Shown: positions 48,463 through 59,451 of the stretch, piece by piece | Layout: every line of letters begins with the position of its first letter | How positions within the stretch are numbered: position 1 is the first letter of the stretch | Source: Candidatus Heimdallarchaeota archaeon | GTDB taxonomy: Archaea > Asgardarchaeota > Heimdallarchaeia > Heimdallarchaeales > Heimdallarchaeaceae | Assembly: GCA_030668825.1 (NCBI GenBank) | Contig: DAOVET010000001.1 | Span: 32,001 to 96,000, forward strand | DNA length: 64,000 nucleotides | Direction: 5' to 3' | The notes under the pieces: generated by a model | The model's database searches: none | Told to the model about the DNA's origin: nothing | Seen by the model: the letters and a program-made list of their open reading frames with translations, nothing else | Position numbers and translations under genes: made by a program

Positions 48463-49974
48463 TTGATGATTATGTTAGAACAATATGATAAGCTTCTTAA
48501 GAGAATGAAGGAGTTAAGGGTAATTGGGCAGATAGCCCAGCTCCTGGGATGGGATCAACAAGTCATGATGCCCAAAGGTTCAGTTATGCAGAGAAGTGAG
48601 CAACAAGCATTTGTAGCCACATTGGCTCATAGCAAGCAAACAGATCCTGAAGTCGGAAAGATGCTTAAGAAAATTAAGGAACATCCTGATTATGACACTT
48701 TAGGTTATCAAGAAAAAAGAAACATTTACCTAATTCAAAGAGATTATGACAGAGCAATTAAAATACCACCAGAATTTGTTGAGGAATACACAAAAGCTTC
48801 AGTTATTTCTGTTGAAAAGTGGAAGGAAGCCAGAACAAACGATGATTTCAGTGTCTTTAAACCCTATTTAGAAAAAATGTTTGAGCTGACAAAAAAGTAT
48901 GCAAACTTCCTAAATCCTGACTTACCAGCTTATGAAGTCCTACTAGATTTATACGAGCCTGGAATGACAACTGAACAATACAATAAGATTTTTGATCCTC
49001 TAAAGAATGCAACAGTGGAATTACTAGAAAAGATTAATCAGTCTGGAAAAAAACCTGATCTATCTCTAATCAGAAGAGAAGTTCCTTTGGAATTACAACA
49101 GAAATTATCTATAGATCTGATGAATCTATTGAATTTTGATATGGATAGAGGAAGAATCGATGTATCTGCTCATCCCTTTACTGGAGGAGAATATGATGAT
49201 ATTAGAATTACTACCAGATACTCGCTTGATGATTTTACAGGATCATTGTTTGCTGTAATGCATGAAACTGGACATGGTTGTTATGAACAGAACTTACCTG
49301 ATGATCTTCGTTATCAACCTATTGGAAATTATTGTTCAATGGGTGTTCATGAATCTCAATCTCGTTTCTATGAAAATATAATTGGAAGGAGCAAATCATT
49401 TTGGTGGTTCTATTTGGAGAAATTCAAGGAACTTATGGGGGATATCTTTAGTGATGCAACCTATGATGATTTTATCCTGGCTATTAATGCTGTACAACCA
49501 TCTCTCATTAGAGTTGAAGCCGATGAAGTTACATACAACTTGCATATCATTCTACGCTTTGAAATAGAAAGGGATCTTTTTGAAGGAAAAATCAAGATTG
49601 ATGAACTTCCAGAGGCATGGAACAAGAAAATGAAAGAGATGTTAGGTGTAAATGTCGATAAGATAAGTAATGGTGTAATCCAAGATATTCACTGGAGCGG
49701 TGGATCTTTTGGTTATTTCCCAACATATACCTTAGGTAATGTGTATGGTGCTCAATTCTCTGCTAAACTTGTGAAAGATATCCCGGATTGGAACGTGAAA
49801 CTAGAAAAAGGTGATATCAAATCTTTAACCGACTGGTTAACTGAAAATATTCATCACAAAGGTAATCTTTTCGACCCTCCAGAACTGGTTAAGGAAGTAA
49901 CAGGAGAGCTACCTGATCCCAAATATCTGATTCAGCATTTGAACGATAAATATTCTTATTTGTATGGTTTCTAG
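48463..49974 (+). CDS. Carboxypeptidase M32
   Basis: WDQQVMMP, HPF, RITTR, HETGH, HESQS, IRVEADE, QDIHW, GYFPTY. Confidence 0.95.
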   Translation: MMIMLEQYDKLLKRMKELRVIGQIAQLLGWDQQVMMPKGSVMQRSEQQAFVATLAHSKQTDPEVGKMLKKIKEHPDYDTLGYQEKRNIYLIQRDYDRAIKIPPEFVEEYTKASVISVEKWKEARTNDDFSVFKPYLEKMFELTKKYANFLNPDLPAYEVLLDLYEPGMTTEQYNKIFDPLKNATVELLEKINQSGKKPDLSLIRREVPLELQQKLSIDLMNLLNFDMDRGRIDVSAHPFTGGEYDDIRITTRYSLDDFTGSLFAVMHETGHGCYEQNLPDDLRYQPIGNYCSMGVHESQSRFYENIIGRSKSFWWFYLEKFKELMGDIFSDATYDDFILAINAVQPSLIRVEADEVTYNLHIILRFEIERDLFEGKIKIDELPEAWNKKMKEMLGVNVDKISNGVIQDIHWSGGSFGYFPTYTLGNVYGAQFSAKLVKDIPDWNVKLEKGDIKSLTDWLTENIHHKGNLFDPPELVKEVTGELPDPKYLIQHLNDKYSYLYGF

Positions 49975-50040
49975 TAAACCATTACTCTCATTTTTTGTAA
50001 AAAGCACGTTTTTTAATAAGTTTGTTTTGAATGTTAATTA

Positions 50041-50748
50041 ATGAATGACGAATATACTCCTCTAAATGTTGTTGCTGTTTTTGCTCATCCTGATGACGAA
50101 GCAGGTGCTGTTGGAACATTAATGAATCACAGCGATCGTGGGGATAATGTCTATGTTGTTTTACTAACTCATGGTGAAAATGCTTCTTCTTTGCAAGGAA
50201 CACATGATGAAATAACCCTGATTAGACAAGGACATGTAAATAAAATAGAGAAAATAGTTGGAGCGCAATACAGATTACTTGACTTACCGGATTCTGGTGT
50301 ATTTCCATCTGTAGAAAATGCAAAAAAACTTGCTCGTATTTTTAAACAACTTAAACCAGATATTGTTATTACTTGGGGAAAATCACATAATATTGGTACA
50401 GGTCATCCTGATCATAGATATACTCATGACATTACATTAGACGCTATATCGTATGCAAGATACAATGATGATGGGGACAACTTAACCCCTAATAGAAAAT
50501 CAATCAGTCTCTATACACCAATGATAAGTTTAGATTCATCTAGTGATAATTGTGTATATGTAGATGTAACTCACCAACAGGATAGAATAATGAAATTCTT
50601 TGATGTTTATGAAGAAGCTTACGGTGAATGGCCAGTTAGAGCATTTAAGATTGCAGGAATGCTTATGATTGGAAGAGTTGCATTTGCAAAATATGGAGAA
50701 GCCTTCAAGAAATTTACTTGGCGCAAAGCGTTAAATCATCTTGATTAA
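50041..50748 (+). CDS. PIG-L family deacetylase
   Basis: AHPDDE, LTHGE, HPDH. Confidence 0.9.
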   Translation: MNDEYTPLNVVAVFAHPDDEAGAVGTLMNHSDRGDNVYVVLLTHGENASSLQGTHDEITLIRQGHVNKIEKIVGAQYRLLDLPDSGVFPSVENAKKLARIFKQLKPDIVITWGKSHNIGTGHPDHRYTHDITLDAISYARYNDDGDNLTPNRKSISLYTPMISLDSSSDNCVYVDVTHQQDRIMKFFDVYEEAYGEWPVRAFKIAGMLMIGRVAFAKYGEAFKKFTWRKALNHLD

Positions 50749-50752
50749 GCTT

Positions 50753-53161
50753 TTATTTTTCAAATACAAGATAGTTTGATTTTTCTTCACCGAAAATTGT
50801 TATTTCTCCTAATTCGATATATTTTCTCTTTTTTCCTTCTCGACTTATTTTGAAATACCATGTGTTTTTTGCTTTCTTTTCTCCTTGGATTTTAACAATC
50901 TCATAGTCTCCTTTTGAAAATTCAAGAGAATCTCCATCATCTAGATAGATCTCTCCTTCAGCTGTAGAATCTGTTGGAGAATCTGTTGGATATACTCTAA
51001 GAGAAATTTTAGAGTTGTATATCTCTCCTGTATGTTGAATCGGTTTTTCAATGTAAGGTATTATTGAACCTTCCTTAACAAACAATGGTGTCACATCTAA
51101 TGGAACATCAATTTCATGTACTTTACCACCTTCAAAAACAAGTTCTCCACAGAAACTATACCACCTTCCATGAGGAAGATAAACATCTCGTTTCCTTCTA
51201 CCTCTCTTAAGAATTGGTGCTAAAAGTAAACTGTCTCCAAACAGATATTCAGTTTCTGACCATTCAGCAATTTGAGCTATTGGATCATTTGGGTAATCTA
51301 TCCATAAAGCTCGAAAAACTGGAATGCCAGTTAAGCAAGTTTGTCTGACACTTGTGTAGATATAAAGCATCAAGGAATATCTTAATTGAATTGTTTTTCT
51401 GATAATATCTTCTGTTTTCTTTCCAAAAACCCATGGTTCTTGAGAGCACTTCTTGTTAATTGTATGATTTCTGAAATATGGATACAGACATCCAGCTTGA
51501 TACCAGCGAATAAGGAGCTCAGCTCCTGGTTTTCCTGCAAATCCTCCAATATCTGGACCTATCATTAATTGACCAGAAGCAGCCATATTTAACAACATAG
51601 GAATCGAAATTTGTAAATGGTCCCAGTTGGAGATATTGTCACCCGTCCAAGTCCCTGCATACCTATGAGTTCCCAAATAAGCTGATCTGGAGTTGATATA
51701 GATTCGCTTGTTTGGTAACAGTTTTTCTAATCCTTCATAAGCTGCTTTTGCCATTAAATGACCATACTCATTATGCACATCTTTGTGTAAACGAGGTTTA
51801 CCTTCATTTGGATGGATAACATCATCATCTATTGTTCCTTTTTCGTTAAAAAGAGATGGATCGTTCATATCAATCCAAAAACCACTAATGCCTACATTTG
51901 TTAGAGCAAAAAAGTGACTACCAAACCATTCACGAGTTTTTATCTGAGTAAAATCAGGAAAATGACAATCACCAGGCCATACTGGACCAATAAATACCGA
52001 ACCATCGGGATTTAAGCAGAAATGACCTTCTTTAATTCCTTCTTTATAAATTTTATATTTAGGATCTACTTTAACTCCTGGATCTGTAATGGCCATTAAA
52101 CGAAAACCTTGTTCCAGAAGATCTTTTGATAATTTCTTAGGATTAGGAAAATGAGTTTTGTTCCAAGTAAAAATTCGGTATTCATTCATGTAGTCGATAT
52201 CCAAATGTATGTAATCACATGGGATATTCCTGTTTCGAAATTCTGAAGCTAGTTTTCTTACTTCTGATTCTGGATAATAAGACCAACGACTTTGATGATG
52301 ACCGAGGGCAGAAATTGGAGGAAATGGAGCTTTTCCGAGAAGATCAGCTAATTTTGAAAACACCTTATTTACTGTTGGACCAACAATAAGATAATAATTG
52401 ATTCCTCCCCCATTAACATAGTATTTTGTTGAACAATCTTCATTGTCACCTATCTTGATTTGGCTACGATTTGGATTATCAAATACAATAGCATAGCAGA
52501 ATCCGTTTGATCGAACTACTATTTGCACAGGTTGAGATTGATATAATTTTGAATCATCTGTGTTATATAAAAACGAATCAGTATTCCAGAAGGAAATTGT
52601 CTCACCCTTCTTATCTAGTGGTCTTCCTTTTTCCCCAAATCCATAATAATTCTCACACCCAACTTCTGGTAATTTTTCTATCTTATACCAGTCTTCTTCA
52701 TGATAACTAGGAAATTCTTCAGCAAATAGTTGGAATCCAAATCCATCTTTAAAGACAATTTGACCTTTTTCCTTGTCTATCTCAGTAACAAGAAATACAA
52801 TTGGTCCTGACTCCTGGCTAATTGTAATTTTCTCTTTCTCTTCCGTGGTTACTAAAGCTGGAGGGTTTTTACTTTCAAGTATAATTGCATCAGTTTGTGG
52901 AATATCTGATAAATTCTTAGAAATTCGAATATTTATAATTCCATTAGCTACAGATTTGATCTGAAATTCCCCATCCTCTAAGGATGCCTCAAAATCATAT
53001 TTACGAGCTTTACTGGAAACAATATTATTCATTTTTTTCCATTTTGATTCATCTTTAGGCAAAACCACCTTATTATACTCTAACATTTTCCTTCTGAAGA
53101 CATTATTTATTGCGAATTTCACCATCCAAAATGGAATTTTTCCAACAATATCTGAAGACAT
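50753..53161 (-). CDS. Glycoside hydrolase family 31 (alpha-glucosidase-like)
   Basis: YGFGEK, HQSRWSY, LDIDYM, VWPG, WIDMNDP, WTGDN, DIGGF, FRNH. Confidence 0.93.
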   Translation of the reverse strand: MSSDIVGKIPFWMVKFAINNVFRRKMLEYNKVVLPKDESKWKKMNNIVSSKARKYDFEASLEDGEFQIKSVANGIINIRISKNLSDIPQTDAIILESKNPPALVTTEEKEKITISQESGPIVFLVTEIDKEKGQIVFKDGFGFQLFAEEFPSYHEEDWYKIEKLPEVGCENYYGFGEKGRPLDKKGETISFWNTDSFLYNTDDSKLYQSQPVQIVVRSNGFCYAIVFDNPNRSQIKIGDNEDCSTKYYVNGGGINYYLIVGPTVNKVFSKLADLLGKAPFPPISALGHHQSRWSYYPESEVRKLASEFRNRNIPCDYIHLDIDYMNEYRIFTWNKTHFPNPKKLSKDLLEQGFRLMAITDPGVKVDPKYKIYKEGIKEGHFCLNPDGSVFIGPVWPGDCHFPDFTQIKTREWFGSHFFALTNVGISGFWIDMNDPSLFNEKGTIDDDVIHPNEGKPRLHKDVHNEYGHLMAKAAYEGLEKLLPNKRIYINSRSAYLGTHRYAGTWTGDNISNWDHLQISIPMLLNMAASGQLMIGPDIGGFAGKPGAELLIRWYQAGCLYPYFRNHTINKKCSQEPWVFGKKTEDIIRKTIQLRYSLMLYIYTSVRQTCLTGIPVFRALWIDYPNDPIAQIAEWSETEYLFGDSLLLAPILKRGRRKRDVYLPHGRWYSFCGELVFEGGKVHEIDVPLDVTPLFVKEGSIIPYIEKPIQHTGEIYNSKISLRVYPTDSPTDSTAEGEIYLDDGDSLEFSKGDYEIVKIQGEKKAKNTWYFKISREGKKRKYIELGEITIFGEEKSNYLVFEK

Positions 53162-53212
53162 TAATTGTACAATTAACTAAGAATTCAAAAATTTATCTAG
53201 AGAAAACTGAAT

Positions 53213-53743
53213 TTAAGTGAAAATATATACTAATAATCCTATCAAAAATGCGGTAAGAGTAATTGACGCTGCTGTAAATGAGCTTGCGGGAAGAATTCTC
53301 AGATCAATTGTGAATTTAGGGTAAAATGGAGCTAAAGGTTTCATTTTACCAGACAACAAATCCAGCAGAAAATGCCCTAAATAGCAACAAGAAGCAAGAA
53401 TTGCAAGTTCAGGATATGGTCCTTTTATCCCGAATATAAGATAACTTATTCCTCCAACAACTACCACCCCAAAGGGTTCATGTAACCAAGTATGATAAAT
53501 GAAATCATCTCTTTCATCGAGTGTTGTGAAATATACTTTGATTAATTTTGGAATATTCCATATTTTGATTCCTTTGAAATTTTTTCGATAATAAAAAACA
53601 TGATCGTAGTCTACGAGAATTCCAAAAACAAACATAACAATGAGAAGTAACCAAATAGGTATATCATGATAGAATTGAACAAATATCAACCCAATTAGAA
53701 CAGAAACACTACCGTGAGTCACAGCATCCATTATGCATTTCAA
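53213..53743 (-). CDS. Membrane-bound metal-dependent hydrolase (YdjM-like)
   Basis: TH, DYDH, HTWLH, HFLLD, PLAP with TM helices. Confidence 0.8.
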   Translation of the reverse strand: MKCIMDAVTHGSVSVLIGLIFVQFYHDIPIWLLLIVMFVFGILVDYDHVFYYRKNFKGIKIWNIPKLIKVYFTTLDERDDFIYHTWLHEPFGVVVVGGISYLIFGIKGPYPELAILASCCYLGHFLLDLLSGKMKPLAPFYPKFTIDLRILPASSFTAASITLTAFLIGLLVYIFT

Positions 53744-53816
53744 TTAAATGATAGTTAAAAATTTTCTCATCAACCTTTTCTCAAAGTTTATTTAAAAGGA
53801 AGGTAATATTACTTTA

Positions 53817-54278
53817 ATGGATTGCAGTACGTTTGATAAAATTGTATCTACACCTTCTTTAGGAGATTCAGCTAGACGGGAAGCACTTCAAGATTTAATA
53901 AAAAACGGCTGCTTAACTTCTCTCTTTGGGCATGCTCAAACCTCTTCAAGGATTGATTGGGTAAGAAATTATTCACTTTTAGCTCTTACTAAATTTGCTT
54001 CAGTTAATACAGCTGCTGAGGATATTGCAATTACTTTACAAGACGATGAAGTGTTACTAGATTATTCATTAGACAAGGAAAAACTAAAACTAAAAGCTGC
54101 AAAATTACTTTTTCTTTTCATAACTCTTGAAAATAAGCCAAGAAAGTTCAAAAAAATTGCTCTAATTGGATTGATAGTTGGAGAACATTGGGACTATTGT
54201 TATGAACTGGGAGAGGATCCAAATATAGAAGAGTGGATTCAACGAACTATTCAATCAGCTCTTAAAACAAAAAAATAG
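53817..54278 (+). CDS. Hypothetical helical-repeat protein
   Basis: 153-aa ORF with HEAT-like R..AL..L patterns. Confidence 0.6.
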   Translation: MDCSTFDKIVSTPSLGDSARREALQDLIKNGCLTSLFGHAQTSSRIDWVRNYSLLALTKFASVNTAAEDIAITLQDDEVLLDYSLDKEKLKLKAAKLLFLFITLENKPRKFKKIALIGLIVGEHWDYCYELGEDPNIEEWIQRTIQSALKTKK

Positions 54279-54292
54279 AGAAAAAAAGGAAA

Positions 54293-56950
54293 TTAGATAA
54301 CTAATAGTGCTTTTTCCTTTGTAAGTTGTTCAGCTTCAGCTGCAGCCTCATTGAAAATTGATATTTGAAATCTATTATGGAAGGGTGATATTTTTGAGGC
54401 CCATTCAGAAATTTTGTAAAAAGGTTTAGCCATGAAGCGGAATCCTTTTACCATTTCTGTTGCTGTCTTTAGTTCTCCTAACGTGTTGTCATCAAAAGCT
54501 CCAAACCAACTTGCAATGAAAGCATAAAGATATAACCCAAATATTGTTCCTACTAGCAAAATCACAACCGAAGTGATGATTTCTCCTTGCCAAATTAATT
54601 GGAATAATCCTTCAAGGATACCAAATAGAATTGCAGCTGAAATCAGGGGAGCGATAATTCCTTGCCAATAAAGATCCTTCCATTTGAATTTGAAATAATC
54701 ATTCCTCCTAATCTGCCACCACATAAAGATGTTTTTGATAATTAAAGCAGGGAAGTAAGCAAACATAATAGCAATCATAGGAGAACCAAACGTTGCTGCA
54801 AACCACCCGTTGAGCGGTATAAATACAGCCAGTAAACTAGCTCGTATTACTTGTTCTATCACCCAGCTTATAGCTGCCCAACCTGGTCTGTCTGATCCTG
54901 CGAAAAGCCAATCTCCTAGCCATGAGAAATATCCAATTGAGTGAAAGAATAAGAACCAGATGATTAAAGTACCAGCACTTGCCCATTCAGCACCTGCTCC
55001 ACCTGCTATGAATCTCCATCCAATAGCCGCAAGGGCAGCGACAAGATACCAATCAAAGTACGCACTCCATTTAAGAGAACTGACTGTATAATATCTCGTT
55101 AATACTGGTTTCTTTGCATGGTAGGATTCAGATATTGCAGGTAAGAAACCTTGAGCAAAAAGACCTACTAACATTACAATCATTGCAAAGTTCCAAGCTA
55201 TAGAGAAGAAACCTTGTTGTTGCGTGTAATTTGGTAAGAATTTTGATAATAGGAACAACTGAATAAACCAGCCTAAAGGTGGCAAAATAGCTCCCATCAT
55301 CCATTTCACACCAAATTTTAATGCCTCTTTAATTTCTGCCTTCGTAAAATCAATTCTGAAGATCGTTTTCAATGAGAATCCCAATTTCTTAAAGAAGAGC
55401 AACCCAACAAAAAACGATACAATTTGAATAACATAGAATCCAACACTATACCCAATGGCACCCGCTAATCCATCACCAAACATTGGGTTTCGTCCTAATG
55501 TATATCTGAATAGTACAATAATTCCATATTGGATCGTTATGTTGAAGACTGCGTAGAGTAGTAAATTCAATATTTGATAGATGTCTATCCGGTTCATTGC
55601 TTGGAAGAGATACATAAATACTAGAAAGAACGCAGGCCATTGGAAAAATGCATGTGTAACAAAAAGCCATGACATATGGGCTAAGAATGTGTGTGGGAAT
55701 ACAATTGAACCGATAAATGAAATTATGAATAGTTGTGCAACCCCTGACACCATTTGGAACCAAACAAACAATTGTACATATTTGATTGCTTGCTCAGGTC
55801 GTTTTACTCTATGTTCGCTGAAGAACTTTACAAGAATAACGGAAGTACCTAAGTCAAAGAATAACCATAGCGCTTCAAAGAATCTAATTGTAAAATCGTA
55901 AAATCCTACCGCTTGAGGACTTGGAAGAATGATTAAAGGAAAAACTAATGCTGACATAACTGCATTTGGTAGGATGATGAGAAGTCCTGCAAATAACTGC
56001 ACCAAAAATCCACCCAATTGTCTATGCATACCAACTTCTTCCCATCCTGCAGCTTTCTCCTCTTCTTTACTCATTTCTTTTAAATCGCTTTTCTTAATTG
56101 GATTTTTCTTCGAATATTTCTTTGCAAAAATGAAACCAACTATCGTAGCGATACTTGTCAATAAAACAGCTACTCCCAGAATTATAGTTTCATTTGTATG
56201 AGGAACTGGAGAATAATCCCAGTTAGCATAACTTCTGACTGGATCTCCGATTGATGATTTCATAGTTAAATATAACATATAATTGAAAAAAGGCCATTCA
56301 ACTAACTCTTTGTTGAAATCCATACTTGGGAAGAAATTGAATACGAAATGTTTGTCATTTCCTGAAGTAGTGATTAGTGCTAGATTGGGGTCATCACTTG
56401 TATCTGAAGTTTCAATAAGAGTAGTTCCTTCAAGCTTGATATTAGTATAGTTTGTAATAGTAGGCACTGAATTCCATTGAATGTTTTCTAAGATGGGATG
56501 AGGATCTCCAATAAACGTTTCAGATACCGGAACAGGTAGAGAATAATTTCCACTAGTAATTGTTCCGTTTATACTTGAAGCTAATCCAAGAGAAATTAAC
56601 AAAGTAGCATTGGAAGCGAGATTTGTGTAGATAAATACCGCAATGCCACCAGGAAAAGCTCCCAGCAAATTGATCTCTGCTGTGGTAGGAGTATAATCTA
56701 AAATAACAATACTATCATAACTACTAATGTCTGATCCAATTGTATTACTCTCTGTAATCACAAACATTGGATCCAGGGATAATCTTGCAAGTAGAGCTTC
56801 TTCAATGTCTTCACCTACTACCAGAACTTCTATTGATGTCTGTGCTTGAATTTGTGTAGTAACAATACTAAGGGTAAGGACAGATAAAAGACAAAGAAGC
56901 ATTAATAGAATGAATTTCTTCTTCATAATAATACCATATTCAAGCAACAA
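54293..56950 (-). CDS. MOP-superfamily (oligosaccharide flippase-like) transporter fused to an N-terminal extracellular domain
   Basis: Signal peptide, ~220-aa soluble domain and a TM, then about 14 TM with FDLGT..KFFSE and PAISESY. Confidence 0.75.
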   Translation of the reverse strand: MLLEYGIIMKKKFILLMLLCLLSVLTLSIVTTQIQAQTSIEVLVVGEDIEEALLARLSLDPMFVITESNTIGSDISSYDSIVILDYTPTTAEINLLGAFPGGIAVFIYTNLASNATLLISLGLASSINGTITSGNYSLPVPVSETFIGDPHPILENIQWNSVPTITNYTNIKLEGTTLIETSDTSDDPNLALITTSGNDKHFVFNFFPSMDFNKELVEWPFFNYMLYLTMKSSIGDPVRSYANWDYSPVPHTNETIILGVAVLLTSIATIVGFIFAKKYSKKNPIKKSDLKEMSKEEEKAAGWEEVGMHRQLGGFLVQLFAGLLIILPNAVMSALVFPLIILPSPQAVGFYDFTIRFFEALWLFFDLGTSVILVKFFSEHRVKRPEQAIKYVQLFVWFQMVSGVAQLFIISFIGSIVFPHTFLAHMSWLFVTHAFFQWPAFFLVFMYLFQAMNRIDIYQILNLLLYAVFNITIQYGIIVLFRYTLGRNPMFGDGLAGAIGYSVGFYVIQIVSFFVGLLFFKKLGFSLKTIFRIDFTKAEIKEALKFGVKWMMGAILPPLGWFIQLFLLSKFLPNYTQQQGFFSIAWNFAMIVMLVGLFAQGFLPAISESYHAKKPVLTRYYTVSSLKWSAYFDWYLVAALAAIGWRFIAGGAGAEWASAGTLIIWFLFFHSIGYFSWLGDWLFAGSDRPGWAAISWVIEQVIRASLLAVFIPLNGWFAATFGSPMIAIMFAYFPALIIKNIFMWWQIRRNDYFKFKWKDLYWQGIIAPLISAAILFGILEGLFQLIWQGEIITSVVILLVGTIFGLYLYAFIASWFGAFDDNTLGELKTATEMVKGFRFMAKPFYKISEWASKISPFHNRFQISIFNEAAAEAEQLTKEKALLVI

Positions 56951-57018
56951 CTCTAACTAGTATATATCTCTTATTGAAAAAAATTGAGCACATCTACTCT
57001 AATTTGAGCAATTAACTT

Positions 57019-57450
57019 TCATGGGGAGTAATCTACTACATATCCTTCTGCTTCTAGAAAATCTTTATAGCTAGAAAGAATCGCGTTTCTAAGAAAAGCT
57101 ACAGTTTCTGCATTAAGAGAATAAACCATTATTTCTCTTAGAGTTAAGAAGAATTTTATCAAAATCTCATCAAAAGCTTTCATTCTTTCATTTGCATGAA
57201 TGAATCTGAATTCATTTATTGGACGACCTTTCTCTTTTTCCCACTCTCGGCATGTCTGTTTTAGAACCGTCTCAATTCCAGCTCTATTCGTGCTTGGCAT
57301 AGCATTCATAACACATTCGAGGAGCTTTTCAAAGATTTCCAACTGTCCCTTATTGAGCATAATCTTTCTTGATTTAATCTTAATCGCATTGAGTTTTCCT
57401 TGTTCAAGCTCAAAACTTATACTCATTATAATGTAAATTTGCTTGCTCAT
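57019..57450 (-). CDS. Hypothetical protein
   Basis: ORF with plausible composition; true start may be the internal Met (MLNKGQ). Confidence 0.55.
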   Translation of the reverse strand: MSKQIYIIMSISFELEQGKLNAIKIKSRKIMLNKGQLEIFEKLLECVMNAMPSTNRAGIETVLKQTCREWEKEKGRPINEFRFIHANERMKAFDEILIKFFLTLREIMVYSLNAETVAFLRNAILSSYKDFLEAEGYVVDYSP

Positions 57451-57556
57451 CTATAAATTTTTTCGAAGTATATGCTATTTCACAAAAAAAAAGATTGAAA
57501 ATTTATCTAAATATCACATGACAAACAATTTTAAATTACAAGCACCAATCTATTGT

Positions 57557-58102
57557 ATGACTGTTCATTTTCCCAAACCAGGTGATCATTCTGAAGAAGT
57601 ATTTGCTCTAGTGAACAGAAGACTAGAACAGGGGGATATTGACCAAGTTATAATAGCTACAACCTCAGGAAACACTGCTTTAAAAGCAGTTAAAGCCTTT
57701 GCAGGAGTTAAGTTAATAGCTGTCACTCATCAAGCTGGATTTCGAGAAATTGGTGAAATGGAAATTCCTGTTGAAACAATTCAAGAACTAGAATCTAAAG
57801 ATGTAAAGGTTGTAACAGCTACTCATGTTTTAGCTGGTGTTGATAGAGCAGTTAGGAAAAAACATGGTACGTGGTTAACAGCTGAAATTATGGCTGAGAC
57901 TCTGAGAATATTTGGTCAAGGTACTAAGGTTTGTGCAGAAATTGTTGTTATGGCGGCAGATGCTGGTGTCATTTCCATGAATGATGTAATCGTTATTGGA
58001 GGAACAGGAAGAGGAGCTGATACTGCATGGGTTGTAACCCCTGCTCATTCTAATACTTTTTTCCACATGAAAATGAAAGAATTGTTATGTAAACCAGAAT
58101 GA
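57557..58102 (+). CDS. Pyruvate kinase alpha/beta-domain-like protein (COG1751 type)
   Basis: FPKPG, IATTSGNTA, VTHQAGF, LRIFGQGTKVC.EI..MAADAG, GGTGRGADTA; likely start MTVHF. Confidence 0.88.
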   Translation: MTVHFPKPGDHSEEVFALVNRRLEQGDIDQVIIATTSGNTALKAVKAFAGVKLIAVTHQAGFREIGEMEIPVETIQELESKDVKVVTATHVLAGVDRAVRKKHGTWLTAEIMAETLRIFGQGTKVCAEIVVMAADAGVISMNDVIVIGGTGRGADTAWVVTPAHSNTFFHMKMKELLCKPE

Positions 58103-58120
58103 ATCAGTTGGCGTGAAGAA

Positions 58121-58834
58121 ATGGAGTTTAACACCACTCAAGTAGATTGGATACGTGACCTAGTTGCTCTTCTAGTTATTATTGTAACTGTGAACTCTAT
58201 TTTTTTGCTTAAAGCGGTAGGATGTAAAAGGTGGCAGATTAGAAAGATAGGACATATGATTTTGCATACAGTTGTTGCATTCTTTCCATATTTCTTCGAT
58301 AATTTATTTGATATTTATGTGTCAGTTCTTTTAGCTCTAGGGCTTTTCTTATTTCTTTCAGCTATCCCACAAGTTCGGTATCTTCAGAGAATATTCAAGA
58401 TGTGTTCAAGAGAGGAAAGTAATTCATGGGAATTATTTTTTAACTCAATATTTACTGGTATAACACTCTTAGTCCTTCTTTGGCTCTTCAAAGATCAAGC
58501 TCTTTTGTTTGTTTTTACAGCAGCATATCTAACCATGAGTTTAGGTGATGGATTAGGGGAAATGATAGGGCGACCTTTTGGTAAAATTAAATACAAAATA
58601 TTTTCAGAGAAAAGCTTGGAAGGGTCTTTTGCAGTTTTTGTAGGAACAGCTATTGCAATTACAATCTCTCTTGCAGTTAATTCAATGATTATGTTACCAG
58701 GAGTATGGTGGAAAATTCTTGTAACATCTGTAGTCGGAGTAGCTGTTGAAGCTTTGAGTTACAAATTCCTTGATAATGCTACACTTCCAGGAATTACGGC
58801 GTTAATGCTCTATTTATTCTTCGTTCTAATATGA
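58121..58834 (+). CDS. Dolichol/phytol kinase family membrane protein
   Basis: RKIGH, GDGLGEMIG, KSLEGS, E...DN..LP. Confidence 0.88.
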   Translation: MEFNTTQVDWIRDLVALLVIIVTVNSIFLLKAVGCKRWQIRKIGHMILHTVVAFFPYFFDNLFDIYVSVLLALGLFLFLSAIPQVRYLQRIFKMCSREESNSWELFFNSIFTGITLLVLLWLFKDQALLFVFTAAYLTMSLGDGLGEMIGRPFGKIKYKIFSEKSLEGSFAVFVGTAIAITISLAVNSMIMLPGVWWKILVTSVVGVAVEALSYKFLDNATLPGITALMLYLFFVLI

Positions 58835-59398
58835 AGAATTTTTCTTAGCATTAAGAAGATAGGTGGATTTAGTCAACCTCTCCCATTCTACTGTAAAATT
58901 ATATTTCTTACATATTTCTTCGAGACTTTTAGGTGAAAGAAACTTGCTTCCAAATAGTAATAATTTTTCAAAGAAAATAAGAAAGCGTGTTTTCCAGTGG
59001 TCTGGATCAAATTCTCTTACCATTAAGTGACCTGAAGTGCTTAGTATTTCATAACATTGTTCAATTGTTTCATCTTGCTTATGTATGTGATGTAAAGTGT
59101 CATTAGCAAAAATCTGAGGAATTGACCCTTTTCGAAAAGGCAAAGCTTCACTTACACCTTGTACTATCATAATAGTAGTAGATTTCTTTTTAGCTTGATT
59201 TATCATCTCAAAGGATCTATCTAAAAGAATACAACCATTAACATATTCTTCAAATGCTACAGCTAATCTTCCTGTTCCACCACCTAAATCTAATATGACT
59301 TCATTATGAATTAGTGTTAGATTATCTAAAATTGTACTTAGGTCAAAACCTTTTATGATTTTATCATATCTTTTAGCAATCCTAGAAAATAAATCCAT
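58826..59398 (-). CDS. Class I SAM-dependent methyltransferase (UbiE-like)
   Basis: IAKRYD, LDLGGGTG, DRSFEM, EALPF, LHH. Confidence 0.9.
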   Translation of the reverse strand: MDLFSRIAKRYDKIIKGFDLSTILDNLTLIHNEVILDLGGGTGRLAVAFEEYVNGCILLDRSFEMINQAKKKSTTIMIVQGVSEALPFRKGSIPQIFANDTLHHIHKQDETIEQCYEILSTSGHLMVREFDPDHWKTRFLIFFEKLLLFGSKFLSPKSLEEICKKYNFTVEWERLTKSTYLLNAKKNSSY

Positions 59399-59451
59399 AA
59401 ATTAAAAAAATGCACTCACATATAAATGAATGTAAAAAGAAGAAGTGAAGT

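Noticed and set aside
51855-51885. GH31 motif WIDMNDP instead of WxDMNEP
   Set aside because: The catalytic Asp is retained and the change is conservative, so there is no evidence of inactivation.
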